Positions 41,980-58,615 are shown, counted from the first letter of the stretch. The stretch is DNA of 64,000 bases from Eledone cirrhosa (GCA_964016885.1 OZ024742.1:351168001-351232000), one strand, 5' to 3'. Notes: generated by a model from the letters alone, not told the origin. Numbers and translations are program-made.

Positions 41980-42550
41980 TTGTGTGTGTGTGGATGTACA
42001 TGTGTACGAACATTACTCAATCAATGAAAATGTGGGATTAAAAAGAAAATTGCTGAATGTCTTATCAAAATATGTAAACGCATTACTCGCTTTTAATTTG
42101 GACTTTGAGTATTAAATTTACAAATCCCCACAATTCGAAATTAAAGTAATCAATAATTTCGAACTTACGTCATAACCTTAATTCTCAACATGCACAATTT
42201 GGAGCTCTTGTAAATTTGAAATATTCCAAACAAAGAAAAGGCAATCAATCGTCAATGCTTTCATTTCATGCTCACATATAATACTGAAGTTAGTATTGAG
42301 GTTGATGTTAATGATTTCTAAATGAAATTTTATTTCATATATATATATAAAAGAAAGTGTGGTATGTAACCTGGTAGAGCATAACGCACCAGAGTACTCG
42401 ATACTTAGGGTAGTAGAGTGGGTAATAGGAAAAGTGTCAGACCCTGATGGCTGAGCTCCGATAGCTAGTTCCAAACTGTTCGTATCTAGCTGTCGAAACG
42501 GCGGGAGCTCAGCCGTCGGGGTCTGTATCTTTTCCTACACACACACACAC

Positions 42551-42633
<83 letters not shown>

Positions 42634-43180
42634 TAAAATAAATAAAAAATGTGTCTGGAGTCTTTTAAGGATGTTTATTTATTTACCGGTTTCACAGTCC
42701 TTATATTATTCCAAAGTAACATTGAGATGGAGTTTTTGTGGTTCTGTTGTGGTTTGTCGTGCATCCATCTCGATTTTATTTTAGCAGATCATAAGAACTG
42801 TCAAAGCGGTAAAGTATATATATATTATTGAAATGCTCCAGTTGCATTTTGAACTTCTTTTCCTTATAATTTCATCCGTGTGGGACATCTTTTTTAATAA
42901 AAAGATCGTTTTCTTATATATATATATATATATATGCAGAGAGAGAGGGGGGAGATAGAGGAGGAGGGGAGAGAGATGGAGAGAGAGAGGAAGAGACATG
43001 TCGTCTATAGGCCCAGAACTGTTTTATTCAAATGAAACAGTTGTGGTCCTGTAGAATTCGTATATTCAGAAACGTGTTTTACTGGAGTTAACCACTGACA
43101 CAAAACGGGAACCCCTCACTCTCACCCACTCTCTCTCTTTCTCTCACTCTCTGCCCTTCTCTTTCTCCCTCTCTCTCTCT

Positions 43181-43249
<69 letters not shown>

Positions 43250-43252
43250 CAT

Positions 43253-43321
<69 letters not shown>

Positions 43322-43499
43322 ATACATTAACAGAGAAAGCTTTAAGCTATACTCTGACTGGCTTCCATCTCACTCAACAAACATTAGGATATACCTTAGT
43401 ATATTCCCAATTTTACGTTTGGGGTGCTAACTATATGTATGTTGCGGATAGCCAGTTGTATTATTTTATATGAGACATAATTAAAATATATCTCCCTTT

Positions 43500-43618
43500 C
43501 CAAACAATTGTTTCATTATAAGTTTTCTACAAATTAGGAAAATGTGTCCAGGTTATGGAGAAGCCTGCACATATTCCGTAGGAATATACGCAGGTGGGCA
43601 CTTATAAATCATCAGTGG
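43500..43618 (-). ncRNA. Hammerhead ribozyme with branched stem II (retrozyme-like family)
   Basis: Minus strand CCA-CTGATGA-TTTATAAGT..ACTTATAAT-GAAAC-AATT-GTT-TGG with hairpin CCTGCGTATATTCC/GGAATATGTGCAGG. Confidence 0.75.
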
Positions 43619-43671
43619 ATGCCCGTCAAACATCGATATAAAAAAAACTCTCTTACCGATGTCCAATATAT

Positions 43672-44728
43672 ATATTCGATTTGTGATGTTTTTGCATTCT
43701 TGCAAAAATATACACAACTGAATTCATTCGCCTGATATAGGGGTTGCCTCCCTTGCCGATCCCCACGTGGGGTCAGCAATAGTCAGTCCTTGTATTAACA
43801 TTGAACTAAAACCTGTTGAGAAAGTGGCTTCCTTGTTCAATCATCTTACCAGAAGCCTGGCATTATTTATGTAAGCGGACGGTACTTGATTTAGGAGCCG
43901 TAGAAACCCATATACTCGATTTTTCCAAACTTCCAGGGGTCCGGGTAAATTTTCAATACCCGAATTACTTGATCGTTTTTTTGGGGGCTATGCGAATGAT
44001 TGTTTAACCATCGTCTCAGTGTGTTTGGCCTTTAACGTTTGTTATAGCTCTGGTTCATCTGAATCATTGAGCACTTGCCGCACATCTCGGAGGTTGTTTT
44101 TCGTTATTTTGTGGGCCGAAATGCGAATCTCGATAATTTATGTTTGTATTATTCTCCAGAATCTAGCTATTGACCAGTTAATTTTCTTGATTTTATAGTT
44201 GATTCTATTGACTGATGAATAGCTTATGTTAATTTTAACCCTTCTGTTGAGAATTCTATTCGATTTGTGATGTTTTTGTATTCTTGCAAAAATATACACA
44301 ACTGAAATCATTCGCCTGATATAGGGGTTGCCTCCCCTGCCGATCTCCACGTGGGCTCAGCAATAGTCAGGACTTGTATTAACTTTGAACTAAAACCTGT
44401 TGAGAAAGTGGCTTCCTTGTTCAATCATCTTACGTGAAGCCTGACATTATTTATGTAACCGGACGGTACTTGATTTAGGAGCCCCAGAAACCCATATACT
44501 GGATTCTACCAACCTTCCAGGGGTCCGGGTAAATTTTCAATACCCGAATTACTTGATCGTTTTTTTTTGCTATGCGAATGATTGTTTAACCATCGTCTCA
44601 GTGTGTTTGGCCTTTAACGTTTGCTATAGCTCTGGTTCATCTGAATCATTGAGAATTTGCCGCACATCTCGGAGGTTCTTTTTCGTTATTTCGTGGGCCA
44701 AAATGCGAATCTCGATAATTTATGTTTA
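43672..44728. repeat. ~465-bp direct repeat, period ~584 bp
   Basis: 43674-44146 is repeated at 44258-44728 with scattered substitutions; short (TA)n at both ends. Confidence 0.9.
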
Positions 44729-45659
44729 TATATATATATATCTTAGATTTATTTAAATGTCCTTAATTTTCGAGATAATATCTCTTCTTCAGAGGGAAAT
44801 AAAGGTCTCAAACCAACGTTCTAAATATATATATAAATATATAACACATCTCTAAATAGCGATTACATTTTGACAGGAAATATTGAATACAATTTTGTAA
44901 TATGGCAATTGAAATTTCATTTCATAATGCATATCGTTGACATCCTTGTTTTTATCTGCAATGCTGTTTTATAAATATCATAGCCTAGAATGCAGATTGT
45001 TTACAATATTAGACAGAAGTAATAAGATATTCAGAGTTCAAGAACATTGCGTAACACTATAACAAACGCATATTTTTAACCGCACACATACACATAATCA
45101 CCCGCGCATTTACACACACAAATGCACCGATGTACACACGTACACCAGTACAATGAAATAAAAGGCCAATCATCAAAAGAAACAAACGGTTTTCATTCTA
45201 TACAGCATATTATGCTGGTGGTAAAGTATTTCAAGAGAATATTCATACCCATCCCAATAAAGAATAATTTCACAGCATTCATTTTAAATCACCTGCATAT
45301 CAAGAGAAAGAAAAGATAATAGGAGATAGAAAAAGTGTATTGCATGCAATATTATATGCCAATTCATCATTAGTTATTTTACCAGTAGCACTGATCTAAA
45401 GTTGCATCTTTTTTAGCGGATTAGCATATTTATTTTTATGCACCATTCATCATTGTTCAATTATATTCATGATTTGAAAGGAATGTATTTTCTTATTGTT
45501 TGAAAAGAAAAGTTTTCAATATTCAGAAATGAAATAACAGTGAGGACATATAAGAGAGAAATAACAAATATATATATGTATATATATATGTGTATACAGG
45601 CACACACACGCACACACACACAGACACACTCACAGACATAAACACATAAGATATGTCTG

Positions 45660-45700
<41 letters not shown>

Positions 45701-45980
45701 GTATATATATGCATGTATCTACATACACATACGCGCATATATATATCTATATGCATGTATATACATACAAACACAAGGATATATATATACATATATATAT
45801 AAATACATACATGCATGTGTATATATATATATATATATATATATGAATGTATCTACATATACACACGCGCATATATATATGCATATATATATGCATGTAT
45901 CTACAAACACACACACGCATATACACACATATATATATATACATACATGCATGTGTGTATATATATACATGCATACATGC

Positions 45981-46021
<41 letters not shown>

Positions 46022-46087
46022 CATGCATGTAAATATATATACATATATATATATATATGTACATACATATATACATACATACATATA

Positions 46088-46342
<255 letters not shown>

Positions 46343-46365
46343 GTATATATAACATAGATACATAT

Positions 46366-46408
<43 letters not shown>

Positions 46409-46424
46409 CGTATATATACATACT

Positions 46425-46478
<54 letters not shown>

Positions 46479-46500
46479 CGTATATATACATACACACATA

Positions 46501-46653
<153 letters not shown>

Positions 46654-46958
46654 TATATATATACACATCTGTATAAATATATAGTGTGTCTCTGTGTATC
46701 TATCTGCTATATCAGTGATTGTGTGTGCGCACTCGCAGTACCAAATAGGCAATACTTTGATTATGTAAACATATGACCATACATCTAACGTTGTGTAGTC
46801 ATGACATTCATATTATCTTCCGGGGTATATAGATGTAATTGTATTTATACAGTAAAGGTTTGTATGTTATACATATATTACATTTTATATATTTATAAAG
46901 TAGTCTGTGAATTCAGGAAGGATCTATTGATTTTGGGGAAATAAATATACACATAGAC

Positions 46959-47053
<95 letters not shown>

Positions 47054-47102
47054 CATTTATATATGTATATGCAAGAATATATATATATATATATATTTTT
47101 TT

Positions 47103-47400
47103 TTAGGGCGGGTAAAATTCCCAAGATCCACTGACGAGTTCTCTCCAGCGGTCTCTGTCTCTCATTATCGCTGACATGTCCTGCGTCTCCAACAGACCAG
47201 TCCCTGTCCTTAGGGCATTAACATACGTTAACCTTGGTCTTCCCCTTCCAGTGTGTCCATGTAGGGGCTCCCACAGGAGCACTGAGTGCAAGGTCAACTC
47301 TGGATGTCGGTGAGCATGTCCAGCTAACCTCAGTCTCCTCTGTGTCACTTTTGAGCTCACTTTCGGGAGTCTCCTACACCGTTCTGAGTTTTTCATCCTC
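47103..47400 (-). pseudogene. 3' fragment of RTE-type LINE ORF
   Basis: [31 protein letters not shown] motif pattern. Confidence 0.75.
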
Positions 47401-47457
47401 AGTGTATACTGATTAATGTTCAGTGTATACTGATATATATATATATATATACATACA

Positions 47458-47590
<133 letters not shown>

Positions 47591-48128
47591 ATATGTGTGT
47601 TTTGGTACATTCTTATATTTGTTTTCTTATATTTGTTTTTTCTTTGACATCACTTCGGTGTGTGTGAGAGTGTGTGTGTACCCAGCCACACTAACTGAGA
47701 CCTTTTATAATTCTACAGCTTTGATTCTTTATGATGTGTGTATATATGTGTATATATGTTTTTCTTGGACCTCGAGACGGTGTATGTAAGTGTGGAGTGT
47801 GTGTACACACTCATATTAACTGTGACTGACTGTATCCCTACATATTTGAGTGATGTCCAGCGTCTTTTGCAGCAATAGAAATCTGACAACTTTTATGACC
47901 TCAACTGAAGTTAATAGCAGTCGCCGTGTCTATATCTGGTGTGTCTTCATATGAGGGAATGCATTCTATGAGATAACATCGTTATTAATCTCCCTCATAT
48001 CAAGAATTTGAAGACATTTCATTTTCACCTGATGAGATCACTGAAAATCGATCATGGCTACACAATCGATATATCTCTTATTGATATCGTGATTAAATGA
48101 CTGGAATCAGCTTGTCTTTGGATTTTCA

Positions 48129-48297
<169 letters not shown>

Positions 48298-49468
48298 ATA
48301 TATGAATATATGTATATATATATATATCTATTTAGTTGCGTACACATATACAAGCATACATACTTTACGTACCTTCACCTTACACAACTACACCTAAAAT
48401 ATACAAGAGATCTGTTCTCCCTATGGATTCCAATTTCGCCTGACACTGGCAAGTACCTGTATGAAGATTATCTGAAACGTTGAACGGTCATCATCTGTCC
48501 CGCTCCCCCTTTTTAACCAAGTACGTAGATGATCTACTCATCCTCTAATCTTCCCGGAGGTTTGCTCACATGAAAGATAACAAACGTTTCTCCTTAGTAA
48601 ACCACGACGTTACTGAATCCCAGGAACCACTCAGTATCGAACTTGCAATAACAGATAACATCCATGCACATTACTTTCTTCATTACAATCTCCACCGCAA
48701 AGCTAAAATCGGATTTATATGAAATTAATTCACATATATTCCGAATACTAATTCAACATGATGGAAGGCCATACCATCCATGTATAATCTCGAGTCCGTG
48801 GTTCATCAAGCCAGTGGTTATCTTGGTGTTGGTGATATGCATCAAATGAGAGTATGAGACTACTGCTTAGACAGGACGTCAATCCATCGCTGATGTAAAC
48901 CTCCATCTATTGCTGGTAATCATTTGCTGTTGGGTATACTGGAGCAACATGAAATTAATGTTTTGCTGAAGAACAGAACATACAACCCATTCCATTGTTA
49001 TGATCGTAAGTCCAGCACCCTTCCAACTAAGCCATGCGCCACCACAATGTTACCCATACTACACGTAAAAACACAAAAGTCTATTTTCTCTTAGTATTAG
49101 CACAAGATCAGCAAATTATGGAACTCAAATTAAATGGAGCCCTGTACTTAACCAGTACCTTTTATTCTCGTCAACGAAAGGAGGAATTACGAATTTGACT
49201 TTGGAGGGATTTGAACTCATACTATAGTATATAAATACCACAAGACAGTTTGTCCAACAAGAGGGATTATGAGAATCCAGCATTTGTGAGACTATAATAA
49301 TATGAAATATGACATGGATCATATATTAGAATATAAGTTAACCTTGAAATGTTACCAATGAATTATATCTACATGTAGACATATACTTATGCACGTATAC
49401 AAGCATATACATATACACTCTTGTATATATACATATCTCCCCCCGATTACACACAAACACACACACAC

Positions 49469-49524
<56 letters not shown>

Positions 49525-50960
49525 TTAAATGTATGTATGGATGCATGCCCTTATATATGTATTCATGTATATATGTATGCACGTATTCATGCATGTACAC
49601 ATGCATTTGGGATATATGTATATATGTAATGTATGTGTGTGTGTACTTTTGCTTACACGGTTGTTAACCTCTCATTCTTCATTGTAAGCTATCATTTGCG
49701 CATGTCTATTAACAGACATTGATTTCTAAACACCCAGTTGTAATACAGAATGTTACCACTGATTATTTATGTTATTTGTACAGATTAGGTAGGCCACTCA
49801 CCCATAATCCTATACTGCCTTCTGGACAACATTATATGATTAATGCTCAGTGTTCTCATATTATAGTTGATATCTGAGTGTAGAGGGATATAAAGTATTT
49901 GGGATCAACGTGAGAAGACAAATGATCCGTCTTGTGTCTAGGAAGCCAGCTCAATGAAAAGTTCAATGATATGCCGCTAGGATGGAACGGTCTACGTTCA
50001 CAATGTATCTAACCAGATAATTCTTTGAGGCATATATCATGTTAACGTCATTAGGGTATGTAGATTGTGGAAAATTAACGTCTGCTAGATACTGGATTTT
50101 TCGTGTTGTAAAGTGAATATTTTTATTTTATAATGTGAGTTGCATAGAGAACAGATAACTAAACCCCAAAACATTGTTTTCGTGCCACCTACTGAAGTGT
50201 TTTGTTGTTGGTGAATACAACAATGTTACACTTATATAAGATTTAGATCAACATAAGACTTAATTGTGAATAGTGAGTGGGGAATTTGATTCAATAGAAG
50301 TGATACATCCGTTGTTTGGAAGATAAAAGAAGCGTTCTATAGTTGGGGATTAAACTAATCTAAATTTATAATATACGTAGTGGAGTTTTATGCTTTAAGT
50401 AGAGTGTATTTTTTGGTCCTTGATTACACAATAATCTATATGCCCAGATACATTGAAAAATGACTTTGAAGATGAACATAATAGACAGTCTTTTGAGATG
50501 AAAATATTCCAAGTGTTTTGAAAATATTCAAATACTTTAGATATCAATGTGGTTTTCAGGATTGCATGTAGGTAATGATACTATGTGGTGTAAGGAATTA
50601 TGAATGACAGAGAGACCTAAATAGGTGATGTGTCATTGACGTATCTAGTGTTGAATCGATGTAAAAAGTTATGTCAACGGTCATTTAAGTCTTAGTCTAT
50701 TAATGGCATCGTTCGCTTTAACCGACTCATATCTCAAAAATAAGACAACACGTTTATTAGTATACTATAATTTGAATAAAGGATAGAATGATACAGGTGA
50801 AATTGTGTTTGATATTATACCATGTAAGCGCTACTGCAATAATTTAAGTTAGCCAGACATGTTTTCGAACTTGAAGGAATTGTCATTAGCTAATGCAAGT
50901 AAATATGCAACACACATACACACACACAGACACACATACACCGACACCCACACACATATA

Positions 50961-51052
<92 letters not shown>

Positions 51053-51308
51053 AATTAATTTTATTATTTGTTAATATACAAAGAAACGGTTCTATAAGTC
51101 CATGACCCCCAAACCCACAGATATGAGATATGATGAGGAAGAAGGATATATATTAGAGGGATAGGAAACTGAAAAGCAGGACTAGTGCGATCTAGAATTC
51201 GAAGACAGAAATACCGGGTACATTTACTTCAGATACTTTAATAAGATACTTAATCAAGTGACCCATGTATGACTACTGTTAATATTAAAATAACAATGAT
51301 ACCACAAT

Positions 51309-51387
<79 letters not shown>

Positions 51388-51810
51388 ATGTGGGTGTGGG
51401 TGTATGTGCAAGTCAACCTACATAAGTCTTTTTGTTTGTAAATGTTCTAGTATTCTACTCTAACCATAAATTTCAGTAGTACTACTCCACATAAATTCCT
51501 CAATTTAAGAATGACCTGTAGTATCTATTTCATACTATTAACCTCAATTGAATATATATCTGACCAGGAATGCTTTTTGTGAAAATCAGTCATATGGAAC
51601 TATTGTCATCTTGCCTGAGGGTTTGAACTTTACAACACCACCTGCCTCTTTGAGGTCAAATACCAACCCAACTAGCATCTACAATTGACCAATGAGAATT
51701 AAGACTATTCCTCTGAAAACATTAAATTATTCCTAAAAAGCTCATATATCCCAAGGCTCTGATACCATCAACACTATAAACACAGAGCTGGCATATCTAA
51801 GAACTGACTA

Positions 51811-51866
51811 ACTGCCTGATGAGGTCATAGCCATTCAATGGCTATCATCGAAATATATATACCAGT
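51811..51866 (+). ncRNA. Type I hammerhead ribozyme
   Basis: ACTGC-CTGATGA-GGTC-ATAGCCAT/ATGGCTAT-CATC-GAAA-TATATA-TA-CCAGT then AAATAAA; one stem I mismatch. Confidence 0.65.
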
Positions 51867-52092
51867 AAATAAAGGATTATGAGTTCATGCAATTGACTTA
51901 TGTTTCATCACTATATATATATATATTTACTAAAATAACAGATTAAAGTTTAAGCAAATAATCACTGCGATTCTTTGCTTAAACTTTAATCTGATATTTT
52001 AATAAATAATTGCTCTAGGGTTCTTATATATTTGATATATATTTGTCCTTATCGACCCCTCTTTGGATTTTAGTCTTCACATTTATTATTAT

Positions 52093-52179
<87 letters not shown>

Positions 52180-52662
52180 TATAAATATACACGGGTGTGT
52201 ATGGTTGTTTATAGAAGATTATATTAATAGAAGGAATTCCAACTTTGACTGATTTACTCGTTTCATTTACAATCCTTTAAAATTATAATGATATTATAAT
52301 GAAATAGTATGGTAGAATATTAAATGTTAAATGTTAATTGAACAAGTATTTCCATGCCTTCGCAATCTTCAGGTTTATATTCAGTGGTGACAGTCAAATT
52401 TGCAATGTTCAACTGTAATGAGATGGCTAAAATCTCTGCCATATATACAGGAAAAAGGGGCTACAGAATGCAAAGTTTTGCAAACTGTATTTCGACCAAT
52501 CGATGTGCGGTTTAACTAAATTACTAAAACTGCTTGGTTTAGGCATCACAGTTGGTTGAGCATGTCTAACAACTTCTACTTGACCCTATCCAAAGCATCA
52601 ATTGTTTTGCTGTTTATAGAAATGATGAAAATAGCATTTTCTAGGATTTTTATGAAAAATCT

Positions 52663-54850
52663 TCAGTAATCATCACTATCAACATCACTTTTATTATTAT
52701 TGTTGTTGTTGTTGTTAGCGGTGGTAGTCGACATGGTCGTAGGCGTAGTCATAGTAGAAGTAATACCCCTAAGCATTTTTATTGGGTTGGAATTTATCAA
52801 TAAAATTCTTTTATTTAAATTTTCTCTTGATTTTACTTGGGTTGTGTAGTTTGTAGAATGGAAATAATATAAATATTTTCTGACACATGTTTCTAGATGG
52901 TTACTAAAGGGTATCTGACGGACATTTGTGTCTCTGATTTGCTGTCGGTACACCCGTGCACGTTCTGATAGTGCATTTCCAGTTTGACCGACATATAGTT
53001 CCTCACAATTCGGGTATTTAATGCAATAAATTAGATTTCTGCTTTTGCAGTTCATATTTGCATTTGGGAATATTTTTCCGGTTTTTGTGTTCATATATTG
53101 ACCAGTATGTATGAACTGACATGTGCCACATCAACTATCATTGCATTTAGATACAGTGAATGATTGGTCTTTGTTGTTAAGATTAAACTTTGCCTTTGTT
53201 AGTAATTGCTTCAAATATTTCGGCTATCTTTTACCAAGAATCAAAGCTCGGTCTGTGATTAAACCTTTTAATTCATTACTTTGAGCAACGATCGGTAGGT
53301 TTGCTTTGGCAGTGTTGAAGATATTCTGGTGACATTGATTGAGTGTCATTATAAATGGTATGACCAGTTCTTGGTTTCTTCTTTCTTGGGTTGTCCTAAG
53401 TTGTTGCATAGGTATTTTTATAGCCCGCTGTATGCCATTTTCTATAAGTAGAGATGGGTATTTTTGTTTGAGCAACATTTCTCTCAGTTCTGTTAAGCGT
53501 TTGTTACTGGTATTCGTATCTTCTACAATGGTACAAATTCTTCTGGCTAAGCAGTATGAGATGTTGCGTTTTGGATGAGGTGGATGACACAAGTTAAGAT
53601 TCAGATATTGATGGGTGTCTGTGTGTTTATAGTATATATCCGTGGTAATGGTGATGTCGTTTATGATTACCATTATATCTAGGAATGGTAATTTGGTACT
53701 ACTCATCTCTTTTGTAAATTGGAGAGATGGGTGTAGGTTATTCAGGAGGATATTGAACTCATCCAGAGTATCTAAAGATTATGTCCAGATGATGAAACAG
53801 TCGTCAATATATCTCTTTCAAGACATTTCAATGTACTTTCTAAATTCAGTGCTATATGTTTCCTCTTTTCTTGGTAGCCTTGTTGTTCTAAGTATCCCAT
53901 TACAGAGTTCGCGTAAACGGGAGCAAACTTCTTTCCCATCGCTGTGCCTCTAATTTGGATTTAATTCTTTCTTTCCATGGAAAAAGAATGTGTTGTTTTC
54001 CAGAATATGTCTGACTGCGTCTAATATAAATGGCACTGTGAATCTGGTGTGAATGACATCTCTATGTTTTTCCACCCAGTATTTAACCGCCTTTATTCCT
54101 AAATCATGTGTAATGTTGGTGTAAAGGCTTACCACATCAAAACTAAGTAGAAGTGAATTCGTTTCCCTGGTTTTGGGACGATGGGGCAGGAAGTCGATAT
54201 CATCCCGGATGAAACTGGGTATGTGAATACATAGTGGTTTCAAAATAATTTCAAAAAAATTGCTTAGACGGTGGGTAGGGTTGTGTTGGAACAGCTATAA
54301 TAGGTCTGTTTTAAGTCTTTTGGGTGTAGTAATTTAATGTACTCACTTTTTTGTTCTTTTACAGCCAGTTGGATTTCTTTTGACTTATAGATTTTCGGTA
54401 AGCCATAAATGCTGCTGGGTTTTGGCTCAAGATTGATGATGTAGTCTCTTTCATCATCAGTAAGTGAATTGTAGTATTTTGAAGCCAGGTTGTTGATCTC
54501 CTTCATGATGTTGTGGTCTAATTTTGACGGCATTTCATGGTAGAATGTTCTGTCTTTCAGTTGTTCCTCAACCAAATTTTGTAGTATTCAGCATCCATTA
54601 TAACAATTTCACACCCTTTATCTGCTTGTCTAATTATTATTGTTTTATCGTTTTGTATACGTTTAAGTGCAGACATTTCCGATTTGTTAATGTTTGGCCT
54701 AACGTTAGTATTACGTCTAAGAAGAAATTTAGACAGGATATCAATGTATTGGTCGAGTCTTTTTCCGATTTTTGTTATCCTGACGTTAAAAAATGGATTT
54801 TTCTCCATTTAGGATTTATATTCTTTTTGGTGTTTGCTTGATGAACTTTT
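52663..54850 (-). pseudogene. Decayed Neptune-type PLE RT + GIY-YIG
   Basis: IIRQADKG, IYGLPKIYK, SFDVVSLYTNI, RGTAMG, KRYIDDCF, LPFLD, YYKHTDTHQYL..CHP, KCNDS*CGTC linker, NLIYCI..YVGQTG; several frameshifts and stops. Confidence 0.9.
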
Positions 54851-55217
54851 TATCGTGATATTATACTTAGTTTCGTTCTGTTTTTGTCCTATTTTTGGTA
54901 TTATGTATATTATTTTTGAATTTCTCGTTAGGATTATTTTTTATTATATATATGTATGTAACAGGTAAACAGAAATAACAACACAATCGGTACAGTATAT
55001 GGAAGGTATATATTAGGTTAACGCTTGATATAGCAGGAAGAGGGTCTTAACGTTTCGGGCGCGAGTGTTTCATGAGAAAAAAGAAAGAGAAATAAAATAG
55101 ATTAAGGCGACGGGCAGGATGGAATTGGAAAACATGTCTTTAGATAAAAATAACAGGTCCATTCATGTTGACATCTACTACAAAACTATATATATATATA
55201 TATATATATGTGTGTGG

Positions 55218-55292
<75 letters not shown>

Positions 55293-55293
55293 G

Positions 55294-55347
<54 letters not shown>

Positions 55348-55568
55348 CGTTTCTGAATTTGTTTAGCAAGATTCTTTATCTGAAAACGTGTGTTGAAGCC
55401 GATATTGTTCTGCTTTGGGAGGGTCATGTTGCCAATAAGAAACACACGCACCAGTTGCTTTCACTTCAATTTATTATAAATTAAATTTATAATTTTTATT
55501 TATCATAAATTAAAGTGAAACAATAAGTGCGTGTGTTTCTTATTGGCAACATGACCCTCCCAAAGCAT

Positions 55569-55624
<56 letters not shown>

Positions 55625-55651
55625 ATATATATATATATATATATACATATT

Positions 55652-55741
<90 letters not shown>

Positions 55742-55930
55742 TGTCATGATCTATACTTACTCGGAACAAATTGAATACATTTTTACGTTTCACCAGCATA
55801 ACCACTCACATTCCTATGCAAACACAAACAAAGAGGCATAATGATAAAGAAACATGTCTAGAGACACACAAATACATGGTCCTTTTTCTGTCTTCATAAA
55901 TATATATATATATATATATAGTTATACACA

Positions 55931-55979
<49 letters not shown>

Positions 55980-56873
55980 AACCAGTAAGACCCCGACAGC
56001 TGAGCTCAAGCCGTTTCGACGGCTAATTCTGGACTCAATTCTGAGTCCAGAATTAGCCGTCGAAACGGCTTGAGCTCAGCTGTCGGGGTCTTACTGGTTC
56101 CTATTACCCACTCTACTACCTCAAGTATTGAGTACTTTGGTGCGTTATGGTCCACCTGGTTCCTTACCACATTTCCTTCGTTATATATATATATATATAT
56201 ATATGCATGTGTTTATGTATGTATGTGTATATATATATATATATATATTATTCTCTATCGGTTTCTGACTGCTTTTCTTCACATTCTCTTTAAAATGTTC
56301 TGTGTCTATTACTCCCTGTTACTTTCTCACTACTTACGACTATTTTCCTTCTTCATTCTTTGTATGTATGCACATATTTCCAAACCAAATCAATTTTAGG
56401 TTATTTCGTATTCATATTTGCAACTGGTTGGCGCCACAAGTACTAAAACAGGCTTGCTGGAATATGGAAGTAGCATAGAATGTTAAACAAATTCAAAAAT
56501 CACGAAAGCTTATCAGGCTGTACAAGCTTTTCTCTATAATACATATAGACAGAAATACGCATAGTACACAGATGGAAAGCGATATCTTCACGTTAGTCGC
56601 ATTAAGTCAAATAGGGAAACACATCCATCTTTCAGCTACGTCCCCCGTCTCCTTCCCTAATTTGGCACCTATATATTTGCCTGCTTTATATATATCAAGT
56701 ATTATAGTACATATATACACATGAGTAACAATACAGTAAAACATATTTAGGTGTGTTTACAAATATATAAATATATATAGTTAACAAATTGCAGATTGGA
56801 GAGTTAGAATTATGTGACAGTATTTTCCATTGAAAATGAATTCATTGTGAAATTAATATATATTTAGATTACA

Positions 56874-56914
<41 letters not shown>

Positions 56915-57176
56915 TATTATTTGTTATTATGTGAGTAACTTGTGGTTACTAGCCGCGACGTTGGTCGAAGCAATCAATGCTGTTAAGGGTTGTGCTCCAG
57001 ATATAAAGCGGCTGTAGTTTACAGAGTGTATATATATAAGAAGCCAGATTTGCAGCTTGTTACGAAACGTTATTGCATATTTCAACTGTTTCGATGGGGC
57101 TACCCTTGTAAATGTTTAAGAGGAAATTTAGACAGGATATCAATGTTTTGGTCGAGATAGATATTTCTCCCTTTTG

Positions 57177-57264
57177 GCGTATCTGAAGAGGTGCCGATTA
57201 ACAGTCGGTATGGGATCGTCTGATCAAACCCGAGATTATCGATATCGAAACATTTGTCATATGC
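57177..57264 (+). ncRNA. Hammerhead ribozyme with branched stem II
   Basis: GCGTAT-CTGAAGA-GGT-[GCCGATT/AGTCGGT; GGG/CCC]-ATC-GAAAC-ATTT-GTC-ATATGC. Confidence 0.72.
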
Positions 57265-57390
57265 AATATAGTTTCATAATAAGATGCACATTTGACTTTT
57301 CATTGTCGCCCTATATATTATGATATATTATGAACTATTATTATGATATATTGTCGCCCTATATATTATGATATATTATGATATATTATG

Positions 57391-58615
57391 AACTTGTAGA
57401 AAACTTATAATGAAACAATTGTTTGGAAAGAGAGATATACTTTAACTTTAATTATATCTCATAAAATAATACAACTGGTTTTTCCACATTATACATATTG
57501 TTAGCACCCCAAACACTTAAATTGGTTTTATATTTTAATATAACCTAATGTTTGTTGAGTGAGATGGTTACCAGTCAGAGTTTAGCTTTAAACTATCTCT
57601 GTTATTGTATTAAATATTTACTCTTGAATGGCCAGAGGTGTTTATTTCCAGGTACCTTATGAATTTGACTTTCCGTATTTATTACTGTTGTGAAATATTG
57701 TGGCTTTTTTTGGTTGTAACTTCTCTGTTTTTTAGCCTAGGAAAATATATATATATATGCCTACGTATATAATTACATGAATATATGTATTTATTTTCTT
57801 TTATTAATTGAGTTCTTTACACGAGGAATTAATATTGGTTTTGAAATAACTAATTAACCCGCGTGTGTTTTATATTTTACTCTTAATAATTCGGTCGGTG
57901 AATTATATTCCTATTTGCCCTTTATAGCATAACTTTCTGCATTTACTGCGGTTATGAGAAGCGGTTCTTATTCGGGTACAACTTCTGATTTAGCCTAAGA
58001 TAATATCTATATGCGTGTGTAATTTATACATGCATATATTTATTTTTTCTTTTCAATTGAGTTCTTAAACACGTTGGATTGATAATGTTTTCAAAAAAAC
58101 TAATTAACCCGCGTGTATATTATTATTTTTTTTTCCTCATTTCGTGGGTTGTCTCCGCTTCCCGCTTCGTGTCGCTATGATACTTCCTCCGTCAAAAACT
58201 GCTGGAATTTCAAATTTAGCGGTCATTCGAGATGAGAGAGACCAACTTTTCGGACATGATTTTTGACAGCGGTAAGAAATTGTTTTCTTATATCAATGTT
58301 TAATGGGCTTCCACTGACGATTTATATGTGCCCACCTAAATATATTCTTACATGAATATATATTAGGCTTCTACATAAACTGGAAATATTCTCCCAAACT
58401 TGTAGAAAACTTATAATGAAACAATTGTTTGGAAAGAGAGATATACTTTAACTTTAATTATATCTCATAAAATAATACAACTGGATTTTCCACATTATAC
58501 ATATTGTTAGCACCCCAAACACATAAATTGGGTTTATATTTCAATATAACCTAATGTTTGTTGAGTGAGATGGTTACCAGTCAGAGTTTAGCTTTAAACT
58601 ATCTCTGTTATTGTA

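Noticed and set aside
44305-44430. HDV-like ribozyme suggested by GGCAAC..GGCGAATG on the minus strand
   Set aside because: No consistent P1/P1.1 nested pseudoknot could be built.
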